From Acidimicrobiales bacterium (lineage in GTDB: Bacteria; Actinomycetota; Acidimicrobiia; Acidimicrobiales; AC-9): a stretch of 64,000 nt of DNA. Under the pieces are notes generated by a model that ran no database searches, was not told the DNA's origin, and saw only the letters and a program-made list of their open reading frames with translations. The position numbers were made by a program, and so were the translations under genes. Positions 18,467 to 26,790 of the stretch are shown here, piece by piece. Where the stretch lies: positions 9,925 to 73,924 of the forward strand of contig DATBBR010000046.1 in the NCBI GenBank assembly GCA_036270875.1, given 5' to 3'. Position 1 is the stretch's first letter, and each line of letters starts with the position of its first letter.

Positions 18467-19288
18467 ATGAAGCGGATGCTGTCGGTCGATGATCTGGCTC
18501 GCGACGAGCGGTTCGAGCGGATCCAGATCGAGGACGTCGTCTTCGACGCCAGGCGGTCGGGCAGCGATCGCCGCAACGTCCTCGATCACCGGGACACGGA
18601 GTCGCCCGACGCCGCCCGGGCGCTGATGCACGGCATCTTCGTGGGAGAGATCCAGGCCCTCGAGGGAGCGGGACGGACGTGCTACGACTTCGACACGGGG
18701 GCCGGCCGCGACGAGGTCCCGTTCGCCATGAAGCTGGACATGGCCCGCCAATGCTGGGACGAGGCTCGTCACGTGGAGATCTCGGTGAAGCTGACCGAGC
18801 ACATGGGCACCGGGATCGGGGAGTTCTCCGAGCAGACCATGCTGTTCCAGGCGGCCTGCAACTCGGACCCCGTGCTCAGGCTCACCGGGGTCAACCGGGC
18901 GCTCGAAGGTCTCGCCATCGACGTGTTCAACACCATGCGGGACTACGGGGACAGCGTGTCGGACCCGGTTCTCTACTTCTGCGAGGACTGGATGCTCGCC
19001 GACGAGGTGACCCACGTGAAGATGGGCTCGGACTGGCTGCGACGGCTGACGGCCACCGACAAGGACCGGCAGGCCCAGGCGCTGGAGTTCCAGCGCACCG
19101 TGGACAAGCTCTTCAGCTTCGGTGGGCTGCGCGGCGAGGGCGAGGACAACCCGGTGCACCTGGCCCGGAAGTTCAGGTCCATGGCCGGGTTCAGCGATGA
19201 CGAGATCGTCGAGCTGGTCGACATCGCCGCCCAGGCCCAAGCCGAGGCCGAGGCCAACTCGGCCGCAGCTGCGGCGCCCGCCGGCTAG
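18467..19288 (+). CDS. Ferritin-like superfamily protein (DUF455-like)
   Basis: GTAGGAGGG SD upstream of the ATG. CWDEARHVEISVKL and LADEVTHVKMG are paired ExxH-type motifs. Confidence 0.7.
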   Translation: MKRMLSVDDLARDERFERIQIEDVVFDARRSGSDRRNVLDHRDTESPDAARALMHGIFVGEIQALEGAGRTCYDFDTGAGRDEVPFAMKLDMARQCWDEARHVEISVKLTEHMGTGIGEFSEQTMLFQAACNSDPVLRLTGVNRALEGLAIDVFNTMRDYGDSVSDPVLYFCEDWMLADEVTHVKMGSDWLRRLTATDKDRQAQALEFQRTVDKLFSFGGLRGEGEDNPVHLARKFRSMAGFSDDEIVELVDIAAQAQAEAEANSAAAAAPAG

Positions 19289-19551
19289 AGGTTGACCACC
19301 GGGCAGGTGAGGGTGCGGGTGATGCCCTCGATGAGCTGGACCCGGCTCACGACCATCTTGCCCAGATCGTCGACCGAGCCGGCCTCGGCGCGCACGATCA
19401 CGTCGTAGGGACCAGTGACATCCTCGGCCGACACCACGCCCTGGATCTTGGAGACCTCCGCTGCGACCTGAGCGGCCTTGCCGACCTCCGTCTGGATGAG
19501 CACGTAAGCAATTACGGACACCGGCTCCTCCTCGCCTCGCAGAGCCCGCAT
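19285..19551 (-). CDS. Stand-alone Lrp/AsnC-type ligand-binding (ACT-like) domain protein
   Basis: VIAYVLIQTEVGKAAQVAAEVSKIQGVVSAEDVTGPYDVIVRAEA...TLTCPVV. The start is ATG 19551, or more likely GTG 19521 behind GAGGAGGAG. Confidence 0.8.
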   Translation of the reverse strand: MRALRGEEEPVSVIAYVLIQTEVGKAAQVAAEVSKIQGVVSAEDVTGPYDVIVRAEAGSVDDLGKMVVSRVQLIEGITRTLTCPVVNL

Positions 19552-19613
19552 CGTAGTGCCAGCTCCTCGACGCAGTCTGGGCAATGGGCGGGCGCGCCTG
19601 GTAGTCAGTCCGT

Positions 19614-21503
19614 ATGGTCGAGCTGATCCCGAGAGACGTGCTGTTCGGCAACCCGGAGCGGGTGAGCCCGAGGGTGTCGCCCGACGGTAGCCGGCTGGCC
19701 TGGCTGGCGCCGGTCGATGGCGTGCTGAACGTCTGGGTGGCCAGCCTGGCGATGGCCGGTCCGGGAGACCGGCCCCTCGAGATGCCCGGCCCGGAAGGCC
19801 CACCCCTCGACATCGAAGGCGCCAACCCGGTGACCGACGATCGCGATCGTGGCATCCGCAGCTTTCTCTGGGCCCACGACGGCGTCCATCTCCTGTACCT
19901 CCAGGACCGTGGCGGGGACGAGAACTGGCGCCTCTACGACGTGGACCTGGAGACGATGGCCCGCCGCGATCTGACGCCGTTCGAGGATGTGCAGGCCCAG
20001 ATCCTGGCGGTCGACAAGCGTTTCCCGACCGAGGTCCTGGTCGGGCTCAACCGGGACACGGCGGAGCTCCACGACGTGTACCACCTCGACCTGGTGAGCG
20101 GCGACCTCGTCAAGGTCGTCGACAACCCGGGACTGATCGGCTGGTTGGCCGACGCCGACATGGTGGTGCGGGCGGCGCTTGCCCCCGAGGCCGACGGTGG
20201 CTTCGTCGTCATGGTGCGCGACGCTGAGGCGGCTGAGTGGCGCCCGTTCCAACGCGTCCCGGCCGAGGACGCCCTGTCGAGCGGGACGGTGGCCTTCAGC
20301 CGCGATGGTGCGAGCCTCCTCGCTGTCAGCTCGATCGGCGCCAACACCGGGCGTCTGGTCCGCGCCGATCTCGGCACCGGAGCCACCGAGGTGATCGCCG
20401 AGGACCCAGTCAACGACGTCACCGACGTGCGGCTCCATCCCGACACCCGCCAGGTCCAGATCGTGACCTTCGCCCGCGAGCGGGCCGACTTTCTCGTGCT
20501 CGATCCCGACGTCGAGGATGACCTCGCCGCCATCCGGTCGCTGCATCCCGGTGACCCGGTGCTCGAGGGACACGATGACGCCGATCTCACCTGGCTGGTG
20601 GGCTTCACCAACGACACCGGACCCATCCCGTATTTCGCCTACGACCGGCGCACGAAAGAGGCCCGCCTCCTCTTCGAGCACCGGCCGAGCCTGCGACGCT
20701 ACGAGTTGGCGGCCATGGAGCCGTTCTCGTATGAAGCTCGCGACGGTTTGGCGATCCACGGCTACCTGACCTTTCCCGTGGGGGAACCCCGGGCGCGACT
20801 GCCGACCGTGCTTGTCGTCCACGGCGGCCCTTGGGCCCGCGACGAGTGGGGCTTCCAGCCCGAGACCCAGTGGCTGGCCAATCGCGGCTATCTGTGCGTG
20901 CAGGTCAATTTCCGGGGCTCGACGGGCTATGGCAAGGCGTTCGTGAACGCCGGCGACCGTGAGTGGGGCGCGAAGATGCACGACGACCTCGTCGACGCGG
21001 TGGCCAGTGTCGTCGACCGGGGCCTGGCCGACCCCGCCCGGGTCGCTATCTACGGCGGCTCCTATGGGGGCTACGCCGCCCTGGTGGGCGCGGCGTTCAC
21101 GCCCGAGCTGTTCCGGGCCGCCATCGACGTCGTCGGGCCGTCCAACCTGGAGACGCTGATCCGGTCGATCCCGCCCTACTGGGCCCCGTTGATCGCCCAG
21201 TTCCACACCCGGGTGGGCAACCCCGACACCGAGTCCGAGTTCCTCTGGTCACGCTCTCCGCTGTCGAGGGTCAAGGACATCAAGGTGCCCCTGCTCATTG
21301 CCCAGGGGGCGAACGATCCTCGCGTCAAGCAGGCAGAGTCCGAGCAGATCGTCGCCGCCCTGACCGAGGCCGGCATCGACCACGAGTACCTCCTCTTCCC
21401 CGACGAGGGCCACGGCTTCGCCAAGCCCGAGAACCGGTTGCGCTTCTACGCCGCCGCCGAGCGCTTCCTCGCCCGCCACCTCGGGGGTCGGGCCGAGGAC
21501 TGA
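19614..21503 (+). CDS. S9 prolyl-oligopeptidase-family serine peptidase
   Basis: N-terminal beta-propeller-like region. Catalytic GGSYGGYAAL (Ser) and FPDEGHGF (His). Confidence 0.92.
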   Translation: MVELIPRDVLFGNPERVSPRVSPDGSRLAWLAPVDGVLNVWVASLAMAGPGDRPLEMPGPEGPPLDIEGANPVTDDRDRGIRSFLWAHDGVHLLYLQDRGGDENWRLYDVDLETMARRDLTPFEDVQAQILAVDKRFPTEVLVGLNRDTAELHDVYHLDLVSGDLVKVVDNPGLIGWLADADMVVRAALAPEADGGFVVMVRDAEAAEWRPFQRVPAEDALSSGTVAFSRDGASLLAVSSIGANTGRLVRADLGTGATEVIAEDPVNDVTDVRLHPDTRQVQIVTFARERADFLVLDPDVEDDLAAIRSLHPGDPVLEGHDDADLTWLVGFTNDTGPIPYFAYDRRTKEARLLFEHRPSLRRYELAAMEPFSYEARDGLAIHGYLTFPVGEPRARLPTVLVVHGGPWARDEWGFQPETQWLANRGYLCVQVNFRGSTGYGKAFVNAGDREWGAKMHDDLVDAVASVVDRGLADPARVAIYGGSYGGYAALVGAAFTPELFRAAIDVVGPSNLETLIRSIPPYWAPLIAQFHTRVGNPDTESEFLWSRSPLSRVKDIKVPLLIAQGANDPRVKQAESEQIVAALTEAGIDHEYLLFPDEGHGFAKPENRLRFYAAAERFLARHLGGRAED

Positions 21504-21551
21504 TCTCCGTTCGGGGCAGGGGAGCTTCATCGCAGGTCGAATCCGTTAAGG

Positions 21552-21887
21552 GTGCCCTCCCGGACGACCTCTCCAGGTCCGCGGCGCGCCCGACCGCTGC
21601 CGCCGCCCCCGCCGGCGCCCGGCCCGGGCGCGGGGCTGGTGGCGAGGGCCGACGCCGCCTGGGCCGTCGTCCGCGTGCCGGTCCGACGCGCAGTCAAGAC
21701 CCTGGACGGCGTCGCCGTGGTGGCCTGGGCGCTCCTGGCGGTAATGCTGCTGGCCCTCACGGTCGGCCCCGCGGTCGGCGCCTTCGATGTCAGGCAGGTG
21801 ACACGGGGTACCCCCGCCGTCCATCCCGTGCCCGCCCAGGCACCGCACTGGCAGCCGCCACCGAAGTCGGCTCCGTCGGCTCCGTAG
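21552..21887 (+). CDS. Hypothetical small membrane protein (Pro-rich termini, one TM helix)
   Basis: GTG start. High G/C at third positions in this frame. TM segment GVAVVAWALLAVMLLALTVGPAVGAF. No recognisable family. Confidence 0.35.
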   Translation: MPSRTTSPGPRRARPLPPPPPAPGPGAGLVARADAAWAVVRVPVRRAVKTLDGVAVVAWALLAVMLLALTVGPAVGAFDVRQVTRGTPAVHPVPAQAPHWQPPPKSAPSAP

Positions 21888-21910
21888 GCTCCGTCGGCTT
21901 CGTACGGGTC
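21866..21910. repeat. 9-nt tandem repeat (about 5 units) between convergent genes
   Basis: gtcggctcc, gtcggctcc, gtaggctcc, gtcggcttc, gtacgggtc. The TAG stop of ORF 21552-21887 lies in unit 3. Confidence 0.85.
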
Positions 21911-21926
21911 GGGGTCCGGCCCCCGA

Positions 21927-23720
21927 TCAGCGGTCGAGGCGCCTTTCGAGGCGGTCGAGCTCGTCGGTCAGCTCGCCGGGCAGGTGGTCGCCGAGTCGGG
22001 CGAAATGGTCACGGATCAGCGGCACCTCGCGACGCCACTCCTCGGGATCCACATGGAGGAGCAGCTCCATGTCGGCCGGAGACACGTCGAGACCCTCGAC
22101 GTCGATGGCGTCCTTGGCCGGGACGTTGCCGACCGGCGTCTCCTCCGCCTCGCCGCGCCCGCTGACGCGCTCGAAGACCCACTCGAGGACCCGGCTGTTC
22201 TCGCCGAACCCGGGCCACAGCCACCGGCCGTCGGCGTCTTTGCGGAACCAGTTGACGTAAAAGAGCTTCGGCAGCTTGGCGGCGTCGGTCGCCTTGCCGA
22301 TGTCGAGCCAGTGGCCCAGGTAGTCGGCCATGTTGTAGCCGCAGAAGGGCAGCATGGCGAAGGGATCCCGCCGGAGGTTCCCCACCTTGCCGGCGGCGGC
22401 GGCGGTGGTCTCCGACGCCATGATCGAGCCCAGGAAGACGCCGTGCTGCCAGTCGAAGGCCTCGAAGATGAGCGGCACGACCGATGCCCTCCGGCCGCCG
22501 AAAAGGATGGCCGAGATCGGCACTCCCGCCGGGTCCTCCCATTCAGGGGCGATCGCCGGATCCTGGCTCGCGGGAGCGGTGAAACGGGCGTTGGGGTGGG
22601 CGGCCGGGGTCGAGGAGGACGGGGTCCAGCTCTCCCCTCGCCAGTCGGTGAGGTGGGCGGGGGTCTCCTCGGTCATGCCTTCCCACCACACGTCTCCGTC
22701 GTCGGTAAGCGCCGTGTTGGTGAAGATGCAGTTGCCGTCCAGGGTGAGCATGGCGTTGGGGTTGGTCTTCATGCTCGTGCCCGGAGCCACTCCGAAGAAG
22801 CCCGCTTCGGGGTTGATGGCGTACAGCCGTCCGTCGTCGCCGAACTTCATCCAGCAGATGTCGTCGCCGATGGTCTCGACCTTCCAGCCCGGCAGGGTCG
22901 GGACCAGCATGGCCAGGTTGGTCTTGCCACAGGCGGACGGGAAGGCGCCGGTCACATAGCGGGTCTCACCCCGGGGCGAGGTGAGCTTGAGGATCAGCAT
23001 GTGCTCGGCCAGCCAGCCGTCGTCTCGGGCCATCACCGAGGCGATGCGCAGGGCGAAGCACTTCTTGCCCAGCAGGGCGTTGCCGCCGTAGCCGGATCCG
23101 TAGGACCAGATCTCCCTGGTCTCGGGGAAGTGGACGATGTACTTGTTCTCGGCATTGCAGGGCCAGGCCACGTCGGGCCGGCCAGCCTCCAGGGGCGCAC
23201 CCACCGAGTGCAGGCAGGGCACGAACTCTCCGTCGGGCCCGAGCTGGTCGAGGACGGCCGAGCCCATGCGGGTCATGATCCGCATGCTCGCGGCGACGTA
23301 GGGCGAGTCCGTCAGCTGCACGCCGATATGGGCGATCGGCGAGCCGAGCGGGCCCATCGAGAAGGGCACCACGTACATCGTGCGACCCCGCATCGAGTGC
23401 CGGAGCAGGCCCGTCAGCTCGGCCCGCATCTCGTCGGGGTCCCGCCAGTTGTTGGTCGGCCCGGCGTCCACCTCCCGCCGCGAGCAGACGAAGGTACGGT
23501 CTTCGACCCTGGCCACGTCGGCGGGGTCGGAGTGGGCCCAGTAGCTGTTCGGCCGCTTGGCGTCGGAGAGCCGGGTGAAGGTCCCGCTGTCGACCAGCAT
23601 CCGGGCCAGCCGGTCGTACTCCGCCGCCGAGCCGTCACACCATACGACCTGGTCGGGCGTGGTGAGGGAAGCGACCTGGTCGACCCACTGCCGCAGCCTC
23701 TGGTTCGTCGTCGGACCCAT
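21927..23720 (-). CDS. pckG: Phosphoenolpyruvate carboxykinase (GTP)
   Basis: Start at ATG 23720 ([13 protein letters not shown]). [13 protein letters not shown] and [21 protein letters not shown]. Confidence 0.95.
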   Translation of the reverse strand: MGPTTNQRLRQWVDQVASLTTPDQVVWCDGSAAEYDRLARMLVDSGTFTRLSDAKRPNSYWAHSDPADVARVEDRTFVCSRREVDAGPTNNWRDPDEMRAELTGLLRHSMRGRTMYVVPFSMGPLGSPIAHIGVQLTDSPYVAASMRIMTRMGSAVLDQLGPDGEFVPCLHSVGAPLEAGRPDVAWPCNAENKYIVHFPETREIWSYGSGYGGNALLGKKCFALRIASVMARDDGWLAEHMLILKLTSPRGETRYVTGAFPSACGKTNLAMLVPTLPGWKVETIGDDICWMKFGDDGRLYAINPEAGFFGVAPGTSMKTNPNAMLTLDGNCIFTNTALTDDGDVWWEGMTEETPAHLTDWRGESWTPSSSTPAAHPNARFTAPASQDPAIAPEWEDPAGVPISAILFGGRRASVVPLIFEAFDWQHGVFLGSIMASETTAAAAGKVGNLRRDPFAMLPFCGYNMADYLGHWLDIGKATDAAKLPKLFYVNWFRKDADGRWLWPGFGENSRVLEWVFERVSGRGEAEETPVGNVPAKDAIDVEGLDVSPADMELLLHVDPEEWRREVPLIRDHFARLGDHLPGELTDELDRLERRLDR

Positions 23721-23750
23721 CGCCAAGCGCCTCGTTTTCGTCGAGCGCGC

Positions 23751-23764
23751 CGTTGCGCGCAACG
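23751..23764. promoter_or_regulatory. Perfect 14-bp palindrome in the pckG/thiL divergent spacer (candidate operator)
   Basis: cgttgcgcgcaacg equals its own reverse complement. It lies 31 nt upstream of the pckG ATG. Confidence 0.4.
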
Positions 23765-23848
23765 AATGGACGGAGACGATGGTAGGTCAGGGTCGGGAAC
23801 TGCCCCAATTCAGCCGCCCGCGGCGGCCACGCCCTACGCTCGGCCTAC

Positions 23849-24769
23849 GTGGGCGCCGGACAGCGTGGGGAGCGGGCGGCCATCGAGCGGATCCGCTCGC
23901 GGCTCCCCGGCCCTCCCGAAGGCGAGACCTGGATCGGCGATGACGCCGCCGTGGTGGCGCCACCGCCTGAGAGCCTGCTGCTCGCCACCGATCTCGTGGT
24001 GGCGGGAGTCCACGCGGACCTCGATCTGGTGGGAATCGACGACATGGGATGGAAGGCCATGGCGGCCAATGTGAGCGACCTGGCCGCCATGGCCGGTCGG
24101 CCGCAGCACGCGCTCGTGGCCGTGGCCGGTCCGGCTGCGACCGACCTTGACGGACTGTTCGACGGGCTGGCCGAGGCGGCGCGCCACTACCGGTGCCCGG
24201 TAGTCGGAGGGGACCTGGCCAACGCCGACATCCTCGTGGTGTCGGTGGCCGTCACGGGGACGAGTGGGGGGAGGCCCGCGGTGCGACGAGATGGGGCGCA
24301 GCCGGGCGACGCCCTGTTCGTGACCGGTCCGCTGGGGGCGTCGGCCGCGGGGCTCGAGCTACTCCGGTCGGGACGAGATCAGGTAGCTCCCGAGCTCGCC
24401 GCGGCCCACCGCCGGCCCCGGGCGCGTGTCGAGGAGGGGCAGGCAGCACGGGCGGGCGGCGCAACGGCCATGATCGACGTGTCCGACGGCCTCGCCCTCG
24501 ACCTCGACCGGGTCGCCGTGGCGGCGGGTGTGGGGCTCTCCATCACCGAGGTGCCGATAGCCGAAGGGGCCACGATGGAGCAGGCGCTCGGCGGAGGCGA
24601 GGACTACGAGCTGGCGTTCAGCGCACCGGACCCCGATGTCGTGGCCGCCGCGTTCCGGTCGGCGCGGCTGCGACCACCGGTTCGCATCGGAAGCTGCACG
24701 GCCGATCTCGAGGAGCGGCGGCTCGACGGTCGTCGGCTCGAGCCCACCGGCTGGCTGCACGACTGGTAA
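23849..24769 (+). CDS. thiL: Thiamine-monophosphate kinase
   Basis: GTG start. GERAAIERI, DLVVAGVHADLDL, WKAMAANVSDLAAMAG, IDVSDGL. Confidence 0.9.
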   Translation: MGAGQRGERAAIERIRSRLPGPPEGETWIGDDAAVVAPPPESLLLATDLVVAGVHADLDLVGIDDMGWKAMAANVSDLAAMAGRPQHALVAVAGPAATDLDGLFDGLAEAARHYRCPVVGGDLANADILVVSVAVTGTSGGRPAVRRDGAQPGDALFVTGPLGASAAGLELLRSGRDQVAPELAAAHRRPRARVEEGQAARAGGATAMIDVSDGLALDLDRVAVAAGVGLSITEVPIAEGATMEQALGGGEDYELAFSAPDPDVVAAAFRSARLRPPVRIGSCTADLEERRLDGRRLEPTGWLHDW

Positions 24770-24776
24770 CGAAGAG

Positions 24777-24971
24777 CTACCGGGGAACCTTCTCGACCTT
24801 GCCGGCCCGGATGCAGGAGGTGCAGACGTGGATGCGGCGCGGGCTCCCGTCAACGAGCGCCCTGACTCGCTGGATGTTGGGGTTCCACCTGCGCTTGGTG
24901 CGCCGGTGGGAGTGGCTGATGCTCATTCCGAAGGAGGGGTGCTTGCCGCACACCTCGCATACCGCTGCCAC
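24777..24971 (-). CDS. rpmB: 50S ribosomal protein L28
   Basis: GTG start. AAVCEVCGKHPSFGMSISHSHRRTKRRWNPNIQRVR. Confidence 0.95.
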   Translation of the reverse strand: MAAVCEVCGKHPSFGMSISHSHRRTKRRWNPNIQRVRALVDGSPRRIHVCTSCIRAGKVEKVPR

Positions 24972-25074
24972 GAGACGAGCCTCTCGGTCCGGGGACGATG
25001 CCTCACTGTGCGTCCCAATCGGGTACCCGACGGGGGAACGCTGGGAGGCGACGACGGAAGGTTAGCATCCGACC

Positions 25075-26790
25075 ATGGACGCGCTGGACCGGCTGGCTGC
25101 CGGTGACCTCATGGCGGCGATGCTGGCCTACCGAGACGGCCTTCGTGCGCACCAGGAGGTCATCAACCGTCTGAACGTGTACCCGGTCCCCGACGGCGAC
25201 ACCGGCACCAACATGGCCCTCACCCTGGAGGCGGTCGCGACCGAGCTCGAGTCACTCGGCGAGTCCGGTCACGAGATGACCTCGGTTTGCAAGGCCGTGG
25301 CCCACGGCTCGCTCATGGGCGCGCGGGGCAACTCGGGCGTGATCCTGTCCCAGATCCTCCGGGGAGCGTCCGACGTGTTCCGCGACCTGGAGTCGGCCAC
25401 GGCATCAGACGTAGCCACCGCCCTGGTCGACGCGGCGACCGCAGCCGAGGGGGCGGTGATGCGACCGGTCCAGGGAACCATCCTCACGGTCGCCACCGAC
25501 GCCGCGTCAGCCGCCCGGGCCAAGGCCGACGCCGGCGGCGAGCTCGTCGACGTGCTCGACGCGGCGCGGGTGGCCGCCACCGAGTCGGTCGCGCGCACGC
25601 CCGAGCTGTTGCCGGTGCTCAAGCAGGCGGGCGTGGTCGACGCCGGGGGCGTCGGGTTCGTGCTTCTACTGGACGCCTTCCTGCAAGTGGCGACCGGCCG
25701 CCCCATGCCCGAGCCCGAGTATGCGACATCGGAGCCCCTGCGGACGGCGCCGAGCGTCGCCGGCGCGACTGCGCGCCCGGAGGGAACGGCTCGCGCCCAC
25801 GCCTCCGGGGCGGGCGAGCCCCAGAGCGCTGAGGACGTCGGGGACCTCCGCTACGAGGTCATGTACCTGCTCGAGGCGCCCGACGCCTCGATCCCGGCCT
25901 TCAAGGACGTCTGGGCCGGCGTCGGAGACTCGATCGTCGTGGTCGGCGGGGAGGGGATGTGGAACTGCCACATCCACACCGACGACATCGGCGCCGCGGT
26001 CGAAGCCGGCATCGACGCCGGCCGGCCCCGCAACATTCGCGTGACCGACCTCATGGACCAGGTCGAGGAGGAGCGGTGGGTGCGGGATGCAGCGGCAGGC
26101 GCGCCCCCCGACGAGGAGTCGCCGTGGCCCGTGCCAGCCACGGCGGTGGTCGCGGTCGCGACCGGCACCGGCATTCGCCGGATCTTCCGGTCGCTCGGGG
26201 TCCACCAGATGGTGGCTGGGGGGCAGTCGATGAACCCGTCGACGGCGCAGATCCTCGAGGCCGTGGAAGCGGCTCCGGCGAACGACGTCGTGGTGCTCCC
26301 GAACAACGGCAACATCGTTCCCGTGGCCGAGCAGGTCGACGCCCTGACCGACAAGCGCGTGCGGGTCGTGAAGACATTCGGCGTCGCCGAGGGCTTCGCC
26401 GCCCTGCTCGAGTACGACCCCGAGGCCGGAGTCGACAACAACGCCAGCGTCATGTCCTCGGCCGCGCAGCGTGTCATCGCCGGCGAGGTCACCAGGGCCG
26501 TTCGGGCCAGCAACAGCCCGGCCGGTCCCGTCGCCGAGGGCGAGTGGATGGGCCTGTCCAAGCGCGGCGTCGAAGTCGTGCAGCCGACTCTCGCCGAAGC
26601 CACCACGGCGCTGCTCGAGAAGCTGCTCACCGACGAGCACGAGATCGTGACGCTCATCGAGGGCGAGGGCTCCAGTCCGGCCGACACCCGTCGCATCACG
26701 GAGTGGCTGAGTGAGCACCGCCCCGACATCGACGTCGAGATCCACCACGGCGAGCAGCCCCTCTATCCGTACCTGTTGAGCATCGACTGA
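25075..26790 (+). CDS. DAK2 domain fusion protein (YloV family)
   Basis: INRLNVYPVPDGDTGTNM, with a DegV/DhaL-like C-terminal half. Conserved position between rpmB and recG. Confidence 0.9.
   Translation: MDALDRLAAGDLMAAMLAYRDGLRAHQEVINRLNVYPVPDGDTGTNMALTLEAVATELESLGESGHEMTSVCKAVAHGSLMGARGNSGVILSQILRGASDVFRDLESATASDVATALVDAATAAEGAVMRPVQGTILTVATDAASAARAKADAGGELVDVLDAARVAATESVARTPELLPVLKQAGVVDAGGVGFVLLLDAFLQVATGRPMPEPEYATSEPLRTAPSVAGATARPEGTARAHASGAGEPQSAEDVGDLRYEVMYLLEAPDASIPAFKDVWAGVGDSIVVVGGEGMWNCHIHTDDIGAAVEAGIDAGRPRNIRVTDLMDQVEEERWVRDAAAGAPPDEESPWPVPATAVVAVATGTGIRRIFRSLGVHQMVAGGQSMNPSTAQILEAVEAAPANDVVVLPNNGNIVPVAEQVDALTDKRVRVVKTFGVAEGFAALLEYDPEAGVDNNASVMSSAAQRVIAGEVTRAVRASNSPAGPVAEGEWMGLSKRGVEVVQPTLAEATTALLEKLLTDEHEIVTLIEGEGSSPADTRRITEWLSEHRPDIDVEIHHGEQPLYPYLLSID

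Noticed and set aside
15913-18576. 887-aa minus-strand ORF spanning four plus-strand genes
   Set aside because: It runs antisense across the hydrolase, CoA-transferase, ADH and DUF455 genes, all of which have clear family motifs. Its own product has no recognisable domain.
19285-19288. Convergent DUF455 and AsnC-type genes share the palindromic CTAG as overlapping stop codons
   Set aside because: The overlap is real but is a trivial consequence of TAG stops on both strands. It has no functional implication I can support.
21984-24074. 696-aa plus-strand ORF antisense to pckG
   Set aside because: The PEPCK-GTP motifs are on the minus strand. The plus-frame product is low-complexity Gly/Arg/Val/Asp.
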